Origin: an uncultured Clostridia bacterium
Lineage (GTDB): Bacteria > Bacillota > Clostridia > TANB77 > CAG-465
Reading direction: 5' to 3'
Assembly (NCBI GenBank): GCA_948562205.1
Contig: CAOYAN010000006.1
Location: 1,636 to 65,635 of the forward strand
Length of the DNA: 64,000 nucleotides
Shown: in pieces, positions 57,523-64,000 of the stretch
How the letters are laid out: every line of letters begins with the position of its first letter
Position numbering within the stretch: the stretch's first letter is position 1
Translations under genes and position numbers: made by a program
Notes under the pieces: generated by a model
The model's input: the letters and a program-made list of their open reading frames with translations, nothing else
The model's database searches: none
Told to the model about the DNA's origin: nothing

Positions 57523-58759
57523 ATTTACTCTCCTTGTATTTTAAATAAATATATTGTGTTAATAAATAAGAATTACTTGATATATACTTTTCTAATTCTA
57601 AAGAGTCCATTTCAACTACATCTATATGTTCAAATTCATCTAAGCATTGTTCTCCTAATTCTTCATTACAAGTTTCGCCAGAAAATATATAAACTTTACC
57701 TTTACTATTTCCAACATTTTGATAATATGAACCTAATAATTTAATATTGTCTCTTTTGATATTATAACCTGTCTCTTCTTTTACTTCTCTTATCCATGCA
57801 TCATAATGATCTTCTAAATAATCCTTACTTCCACCTGGAAATTCAGTGTTATATCTATTAATTCCATATCTATATTGATTAACCATAACATATTTATTTG
57901 TAGATTTATTAAATAAAACTCCTATAACATAATCCCCTTGATCATAAATATAAATTTTATGTAATTTTTTAGCAAGTGCATCATATTCTTCATAAGATCT
58001 AATATTTCCTATTGGTGATGAATATTCAACTTCTCCTCTTTCTTCTGTTTTATATTTATCAGTCCAAGATCTATCATAATCTCCATTAACATGACCATTA
58101 AAGGAAAATGGTTGCTTAAATTTTGGAAGTAATATATCATGTCTTTTTATAGTTACACCTCTATATATGTCTGCTTCTATTTGTCCAAATAAACTTATTT
58201 TCTCATCATATTCTAACGTATTTAAGAAATCTGATATATCACATAATTCTTTTGGAAATCTTGGAGTAGGTTCAAGTGTTGCAAGACGTAAATGAAATTT
58301 GTCTTTATATTTTTCAATAAATTCATCTAAATCTTTTTTGTTATCTAATCTTCCTTTATACATTAATGCTGATAGCGATATATCAGCTGTATAATCTTTT
58401 TGATCTGGTAATTCTTTTTGATTATAATATGAAATATTAATACTATCCAAATATTTATCACATTCTTTTAAAACATCAGGTTTTACATAATTTGTAGTTA
58501 TAACTGTCTTAAATCCATATTCTTTACAAGTTTTACAAATCCATATTATATCAGGATGCAAAAGTGGCTCTCCACCTAAAATACAAACTTCTTTTATATT
58601 ATTTTCTTTTGCAGTATTCATTATCTTTATAAAATTTTCTTTTGTGATATCTTTGCCAAATTTTCTATTTTCGTCAAAGCAAAATGGGCAATGTCTATTA
58701 CATCTATTTGTAACCATAACATGAATAAACTCATTAGTTTTAATTTCTTTTCTAAACAT
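57506..58759 (-). CDS. Radical SAM domain fused to a Nudix hydrolase domain (ADP-ribose pyrophosphatase-like)
   Basis: N-terminal CNRHCPFC (CxxxCxxC) and GGEPLLHPD. C-terminal VNQYRYG..EFPGG plus a complete Nudix box GSKDYLEDHYDAWIREVKEETGY (Gx5Ex7REVxEExGY). AAGGAG before ATG 58759. Confidence 0.75.
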   Translation of the reverse strand: MFRKEIKTNEFIHVMVTNRCNRHCPFCFDENRKFGKDITKENFIKIMNTAKENNIKEVCILGGEPLLHPDIIWICKTCKEYGFKTVITTNYVKPDVLKECDKYLDSINISYYNQKELPDQKDYTADISLSALMYKGRLDNKKDLDEFIEKYKDKFHLRLATLEPTPRFPKELCDISDFLNTLEYDEKISLFGQIEADIYRGVTIKRHDILLPKFKQPFSFNGHVNGDYDRSWTDKYKTEERGEVEYSSPIGNIRSYEEYDALAKKLHKIYIYDQGDYVIGVLFNKSTNKYVMVNQYRYGINRYNTEFPGGSKDYLEDHYDAWIREVKEETGYNIKRDNIKLLGSYYQNVGNSKGKVYIFSGETCNEELGEQCLDEFEHIDVVEMDSLELEKYISSNSYLLTQYIYLKYKESKYDKLS

Positions 58760-58787
58760 AATATCTACTCCTTTCATGTTTAAGAAA

Positions 58788-58813
58788 AAAGATAGTTCCT
58801 ATCCCCTATCTTT
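58788..58813 (-). promoter_or_regulatory. Terminator-like hairpin inside the operon leader, ~15 nt upstream of the RBS (candidate attenuator or riboswitch expression platform)
   Basis: Minus strand AAAGATAG-GGGATAGGAA-CTATCTTT followed by TTTC. It lies downstream of the predicted promoter. Confidence 0.35.
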
Positions 58814-58915
58814 TTTTGTTTTACAACTTTAATTAGCAATTATTATTCTGATTTTTCTCTTATTTTACATTTTTTTGCTACTATTACTTTGTAAAGTTTT
58901 ATTTTTGTTATTAAC

Positions 58916-58944
58916 ATTATATTAATAACAAGCGGTTTTGTCAA
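58916..58944 (-). promoter_or_regulatory. Consensus promoter of the radical-SAM/Nudix operon
   Basis: Minus strand TTGACA (58944-58939), 17 nt, TATAAT (58921-58916). Confidence 0.6.
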
Positions 58945-59059
58945 TACTTTTTTGTCAAAATATGATATTTTCCACTAAAATTCATACTTTATTAAAAAAA
59001 TAAGCCTTATTTAGTTTTAAGACTTATTAATAATTTTTACTATATTATACTTAAAATTT

Positions 59060-62000
59060 CTACTTAACCTTTACATTTTCCTTTCCAAAAGCAATTTCTA
59101 GTTTATTTATTGTAGCATCATTAGTAGATAAATACATATTTTTATTTAAAAGTCTAACTTTATTTGTACCCTCTAAAAAAATATATACAGGATTATCTCC
59201 AAAGTCATTATCATCTAAATTTTTTATATATTCTATTACTCTTGGTTCCAATTCTAATTTATCTTTTGGCACTTTAATATATATCTTACTTTGTTTAGTT
59301 ATCTTAGATACATCATTTACAAGAATTTTTGCTTTTTCATTTTCCTTAGTACTTACTTTACCTACAACCTTAACAACACTATCTGCTACAATAATGTTTG
59401 AAAACTTTTGAAATACTGTAGGGAAAAATACAAGTTCTACACTACCATACATATCATCAATACTTGCAAATAACATTTGTGCATTATTTTTTGTAGTAAA
59501 TATTTTAAGATGCGAAAGTATACCACAAAATACTACAGTTTTTGAATCATAATCAGTATTGTAATTTCCATCTTGATCATCTACTTCATCATCATTTAAG
59601 TCTTTACTTGTAACAGTAGCATTATTTTTAATATATTCAGCATATTCATCAAGTGGATGTCCTGATATGTATAATCCTAATACATCTTTTTCCATATCGA
59701 GTAATTCCTTTTTTGTTGGCTTCTTTTGACTTCTTGTAATATTTATACTAGATGTATCTTCACTTTCTCCTAAATCAAAAAAGTTTATTTGATTTTTATA
59801 ATTATTTTTTCTTGTTTGATTTACACCATCTACTATAGTTTCAAAATTATCTAGTAAATCAAATCTAGTATATTCTTTTTCAAGTTCATCAAAACAACCT
59901 GCCTTAATTAAGCTCTCAATACATTTTTTATTAACACTGTCGCTTGCAACTCTTTCACAAAAATCAATAAAACTCTTAAATCTACCATTTACCTTTCTAT
60001 CATTTATTATTTCTGCTATAGCATTCTCACCAGCATTTTTAATAGAATTTAGAGAAAATCTAATCTTACCATTAATAACTGAAAATTTAGGATAACTCTC
60101 ATTTATATCTGGTCTTTGTACTACTACCCCTAATTCTTTACATTCTTCTATATATATAGCTATTTTATTTAAGTTGCTAATCATACTATTCATTGTAGCA
60201 GCCATAAATTCTTCTTTGTAATGACATTTCAAATATGCAGTTTGATAAGCAACAACAGCATATGCTGCTGCATGAGATTTATTAAAAGCATATTTTGCAA
60301 ATTCTACCATCTCATCAAATATCTTATTTGCACTAGACTCATCTATTCCATTTTTACTAGCACCTTTTACAAATACTTCTCTCTCTTTGTTCATTACATC
60401 TAGTTTTTTCTTACTCATAGCACGCCTTACAATATCTGCTCTACCTAGACTATATCCTGCTAAATCTCTAAATATCTGCATAACTTGTTCTTGATAAACC
60501 ATACAACCATATGTATTTTTTAAAATTGGTTTTAGTGACTCATGTGTATAAATAATATTTTGAGGATTATTTTTATTATGAATATATCTAGGTATTTGAT
60601 CCATAGGACCTGGTCTATATAATGATATCATAACAATAATATCTTCTAGTGAGTCTGGTTTCATTTTCATCATCATCTGCCTAAAGCCTGGACTCTCCAT
60701 TTGAAATACACCAAGTGTCTTTCCTGACTCTAACATTTTAAATGTATCCATATCTGTCATATCACCAAAATCTACATTTATTCCATGTATCTTTTTTATA
60801 AGTTTTAAAGTATCTGATATTACTGTAAGAGTTCTAAGTCCTAAGAAGTCCATTTTAAGTAATCCTAACTCTTCTAAAGTTGTCATAGTATATTGTGTTG
60901 AGATAATATCTGAATTTTCATATAATGGCACATAATTTACAACTGGTTCTTTAGTAATAACAACACCTGCTGCATGAGTTGATGCATGTCTTGCCATCCC
61001 CTCTAATTTTTTAGATATATCTATAACTCTTCTTGTTTCAGTGTCTTCATAGTATAAATCTCTTAATTCTTTATTTATTTCAAGAGCCTTTTCAATAGTC
61101 ATTTTAAGATCACGTGGTACCATCTTAGATATCATATCTGCTTTTTGATATGGTACATCAAGAACTCTTGCTACGTCTCTTATAGCAGCACGCGCTGCCA
61201 TTGTTCCAAATGTAATTATTTGTGCTACATGATCTCTTCCATATTTTCTTGAGACATAATCAATGACTTCTCCTCTTCTCTCATAACAAAAGTCAACATC
61301 AAAATCTGGCATACTAACTCTTTCAGGATTTAAAAATCTCTCAAAGATAAGATTAAATCTTAATGGATCAATATCTGTAATCCCTATAAGATAAGCAGCA
61401 ATAGATCCTGCACCACTACCACGACCTGGACCTACAGGAATATTTTGAGATTTAGCATAATTTATAAAATCTGCAACAATTAAAAAATAATCTATATATC
61501 CCATTTTATCTATAACACTTATCTCATAATCTAGCTTTTTTAGAACTTCATCTCTTTTTGATACATCATATCTTTTATCAATTCCTGCATAACAAAGTCT
61601 TTTAAAATATTCTAAATGTGAAATATCCTCATCTATTTTAAACTCGGGAAGTATTGTTGTACCAAAATTTAGAGTAACATTACACATATCTGCAATTTTT
61701 TGTGTATTCTCTATTGCAGATGGAATATTTAAAAATGCTTCCTTCATTTCTTCTTCATCTTTAACATAGAACTCATTTACAGAAAAAGACATTCTATTTT
61801 CATCACTCATAGTAGTTCTTGTTTGAACACAAAGAAGTACTTCATGAAACTCATAATCTTCCTTTTCCAAATAATGACAATCATTTGTAGCAACAAGACC
61901 AACATCAAACTCCTTAGAAAGTTTAATTAAATTTTGATTTACAAGTATTTGCTCCCTTAATTTATTATCTTGTACTTCCAAAAAATATCTATCTTTTCCA

Positions 62001-62494
62001 AAAATATTTATAAATCTTTGTATTACCTCTTTTACTCCATCAATATTTCCATTTACAATCTTTCTTGCAACCTCTCCTGCAAGACATGCTGAAAGACATA
62101 TAATCCCTTCATTATATTTTTCTAATACTTCCATATCAATACGTGGCTTATAATAAAAGCCCTCTGTATAACCGATTGAGCAAAGCTTTACAAGATTTTT
62201 ATAACCTGTATTGTTCATAGCAAGAAGTATTAAATGGTTAGGCTCTGTATCTATCTTTCCTTGTTTATCAAGCCTACTTCTTGGAGCAACATATACTTCA
62301 CAACCAATAATTGGTTTTATGCCCTCTGCTACACATTTTTTATATAATTCAACAGCTCCAAACATATTACCATGATCAGTAATAGCTACTGCATTCATAT
62401 TAGATTTTTTTACTTTTTCAACTAACTTATCAATTCTTATAGCACCATCAAGTAAACTATACTCTGTATGCATATGTAAATGAACAAATCCCAC
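59060..62494 (-). CDS. dnaE: DNA polymerase III alpha subunit (DnaE type)
   Basis: 1144 aa. PHP domain FVHLHMHTEYSLLDG, palm/fingers motifs, C-terminal OB fold. Confidence 0.97.
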   Translation of the reverse strand: MGFVHLHMHTEYSLLDGAIRIDKLVEKVKKSNMNAVAITDHGNMFGAVELYKKCVAEGIKPIIGCEVYVAPRSRLDKQGKIDTEPNHLILLAMNNTGYKNLVKLCSIGYTEGFYYKPRIDMEVLEKYNEGIICLSACLAGEVARKIVNGNIDGVKEVIQRFINIFGKDRYFLEVQDNKLREQILVNQNLIKLSKEFDVGLVATNDCHYLEKEDYEFHEVLLCVQTRTTMSDENRMSFSVNEFYVKDEEEMKEAFLNIPSAIENTQKIADMCNVTLNFGTTILPEFKIDEDISHLEYFKRLCYAGIDKRYDVSKRDEVLKKLDYEISVIDKMGYIDYFLIVADFINYAKSQNIPVGPGRGSGAGSIAAYLIGITDIDPLRFNLIFERFLNPERVSMPDFDVDFCYERRGEVIDYVSRKYGRDHVAQIITFGTMAARAAIRDVARVLDVPYQKADMISKMVPRDLKMTIEKALEINKELRDLYYEDTETRRVIDISKKLEGMARHASTHAAGVVITKEPVVNYVPLYENSDIISTQYTMTTLEELGLLKMDFLGLRTLTVISDTLKLIKKIHGINVDFGDMTDMDTFKMLESGKTLGVFQMESPGFRQMMMKMKPDSLEDIIVMISLYRPGPMDQIPRYIHNKNNPQNIIYTHESLKPILKNTYGCMVYQEQVMQIFRDLAGYSLGRADIVRRAMSKKKLDVMNKEREVFVKGASKNGIDESSANKIFDEMVEFAKYAFNKSHAAAYAVVAYQTAYLKCHYKEEFMAATMNSMISNLNKIAIYIEECKELGVVVQRPDINESYPKFSVINGKIRFSLNSIKNAGENAIAEIINDRKVNGRFKSFIDFCERVASDSVNKKCIESLIKAGCFDELEKEYTRFDLLDNFETIVDGVNQTRKNNYKNQINFFDLGESEDTSSINITRSQKKPTKKELLDMEKDVLGLYISGHPLDEYAEYIKNNATVTSKDLNDDEVDDQDGNYNTDYDSKTVVFCGILSHLKIFTTKNNAQMLFASIDDMYGSVELVFFPTVFQKFSNIIVADSVVKVVGKVSTKENEKAKILVNDVSKITKQSKIYIKVPKDKLELEPRVIEYIKNLDDNDFGDNPVYIFLEGTNKVRLLNKNMYLSTNDATINKLEIAFGKENVKVK

Positions 62495-62784
62495 TTTATT
62501 TCACCCGTAATCATTATATCAAAATAAGTACTAAAAATCTAGTAATATCATAATATTGATACTTCTAATTTAATTCATTTAATATTTATATATATATATA
62601 TTTTTTCTAAATAGAAAAAATATGTCCCTTATTCTTTTTACAGAATAAAGGACAAAAATTTACAAAATGATATGATTTATTACTCGCACCAATCACAAGC
62701 AAGAACATTTACTTGTTATATTTATAATAACCTTTTTTAGTAATAAATCAAGTAAATTCTAATAAATATATATATTATTATATG

Positions 62785-62816
62785 CAAAAACTGCTAAAAA
62801 TTACTATTTTAGCAGT
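62785..62816 (-). terminator. Rho-independent terminator after the 209-aa gene
   Basis: Minus strand ACTGCTAAAA-loop-TTTTAGCAGT followed by TTTTTGC. Confidence 0.65.
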
Positions 62817-62827
62817 CTTATAATATA

Positions 62828-63457
62828 TTAAATCTCTTTTAATTCAAAAATAAAATTATTAAAATCGTAACTATTTAGAAATCTACTATTATAGTTACAA
62901 CTTCCTTTATCAATACAAACTTCTTCTAAATAATATTTACCATCCATATTCTTATTTCTTGTTATTACATAAAATTTAAAATTAACGATTTCAGGAACAT
63001 AGTATAATCCACAAACTCTTTTAACATTTCCCCTTTTTTCAACATGTTGAACCATTTTTATAGAGTCATAGAAACTACTTGGAACATATATAGCTTCACC
63101 ATACTTTTCAAACAAATCTTCTCTTTTACCAAACATCCCAACTAAATATCCAGGTATTCTACTATCACTTACTTCAACACTTGGTAAAATACTTGATTTT
63201 TTCATATTTTTAATACAAAAATCTTCACTCTCAATAAGTTTTTTAACCCTTGTATTATATAATGAAATTAATTCTTTTTTTCTATTATTACTTGCTACTT
63301 CATATTCCTTCAAAATTCCTTTAATTTGACTATCTTCAAGTGCAAAGTTTACAAATAAGTGTCCTTTACTTCCACTAAGATAAGATTGAACTGATTTTTT
63401 ATCATATGTTCCATATTTTCTACTAATACATCCACTAATATTATTTAAAAGTTTCAT
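62828..63457 (-). CDS. Hypothetical protein, 209 aa
   Basis: ORF with RBS GGAGGT. No motif recognised. Confidence 0.55.
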   Translation of the reverse strand: MKLLNNISGCISRKYGTYDKKSVQSYLSGSKGHLFVNFALEDSQIKGILKEYEVASNNRKKELISLYNTRVKKLIESEDFCIKNMKKSSILPSVEVSDSRIPGYLVGMFGKREDLFEKYGEAIYVPSSFYDSIKMVQHVEKRGNVKRVCGLYYVPEIVNFKFYVITRNKNMDGKYYLEEVCIDKGSCNYNSRFLNSYDFNNFIFELKEI

Positions 63458-63615
63458 TTCTTACCTCCATTTGTAGTTAAGTTTTATAGTTTCTTACTTA
63501 AGTATTCTAAAAATTTAGATTAAGCAATATTATACAATTTTATTAACATCATGTCAATTAATTTATTTTAATATCTAATATTTAGACATATTAAACACTT
63601 TTTTGACATATGAAA

Positions 63616-63644
63616 GTCTTCTATGGCACTACACCATAGAAGAC
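63616..63644. terminator. Hairpin after the DHH-family gene
   Basis: GTCTTCTATGG-CACTACA-CCATAGAAGAC, an 11-bp perfect stem. Confidence 0.6.
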
Positions 63645-63648
63645 AATA

Positions 63649-64000
63649 CTACATTAATTCTGTAATAATTTTCCTTTTAACATTCTTTAAGCTATCATAT
63701 ATAATAAAGCCTGCAGAATTAGTGTGTCCACCACCCTTAAACTTCTTACATATTTTTAAAACATCTATACTTTCAGAACGAAGTGAAACTTTTACAAACT
63801 TTTCATATTCAATAAAGAGTGCTGTAATATCAACTCCACATATATTTTGATATTCCTTAATTAAGTATTTATGGTCAACAATATCAATGCCCGAAATATC
63901 CTTTTTAGTAAGATACGAGACAGCAATATTATTATTTAATATTTCTACTCTACTTACAACAAGTTGCTTTAGTCTAAACTGCTCAATGCTACAACTCTCC
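63649..64000 (-). CDS. DHH/DHHA1 phosphoesterase (NrnA-like), C-terminal part; the gene starts beyond the window end
   Basis: Reverse translation gives ..VSLRSESIDVLKICKKFKGGGHTNSAGFII.., the DHHA1 GGGH motif. Stop TAG at 63651-63649. The plus-strand track ORF 63623-63850 is its antisense shadow. Confidence 0.7.
   Translation of the reverse strand, partial: ESCSIEQFRLKQLVVSRVEILNNNIAVSYLTKKDISGIDIVDHKYLIKEYQNICGVDITALFIEYEKFVKVSLRSESIDVLKICKKFKGGGHTNSAGFIIYDSLKNVKRKIITELM

Noticed and set aside
62587-62600. (TA)7 tract upstream of dnaE
   Set aside because: It is short and ordinary for AT-rich promoter DNA. It has no paralogous copy with a different length and no associated ORF.
63623-63850. 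Plus-strand 75-aa ORF
   Set aside because: It is antisense to a clear DHHA1-domain coding frame (GGGH motif) on the minus strand.

Overview
This is a very AT-rich window (roughly three quarters A+T by eye) from a low-GC Gram-positive Firmicute, Clostridia- or Erysipelotrichia-like. The species cannot be named from the sequence alone. It holds about 55 protein genes, almost all on the minus strand.

Housekeeping content:
- htpG (5' part), rmuC, gpsA and rpsO
- a hisS-asnS-aspS operon
- nfeD plus an SPFH gene
- dnaE and a partial nrnA-like DHH gene
- one tRNA-Leu(UAG)

Accessory content:
- a stand-alone Fic protein
- a single-module C-A-T-R NRPS next to an orphan 7TM histidine kinase and a GT28 glycosyltransferase
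- a cluster of small membrane and Cys-rich proteins with a VanZ-like gene
- an AraC/DUF2000 pair
- a two-component system with an ABC-2 exporter
- a decayed IS200-type element
- two frameshifted genes (an esterase and an amidase)
- cell-envelope glycosylation and teichoic-acid genes
- a TM2/DUF2752/TM2 trio

Most interesting observations:
1. Two giant paralogous Cna-B-repeat surface proteins (1290 and 1835 aa) have different heads. They share a nearly identical stalk, a non-LPXTG C-terminal anchor (YEPVVDT[NS]DI + TM + basic tail) and a ~270-nt conserved upstream cassette.
2. That cassette contains a small promoter-ORF-terminator unit interrupted by a (CA)n/(TG)n dinucleotide tract, 9 units in one copy and 4 in the other. 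The tract is the only length difference and it shifts the reading frame. Tandem 22-24-nt direct repeats abut an extended -10 promoter. Together this looks like a candidate phase-variable regulatory module.
3. An operon encodes a radical-SAM::Nudix (ADP-ribose-pyrophosphatase-like) fusion, a SAM methyltransferase and a PnuC-family transporter. A P-loop(NadR-like)::CYTH protein with its own promoter lies immediately downstream, and a structured leader lies upstream of the operon.
4. A par/Fst-like type I toxin-antitoxin layout sits between htpG and fic.

All functional calls rest on motif recognition by eye. No database searches were run.
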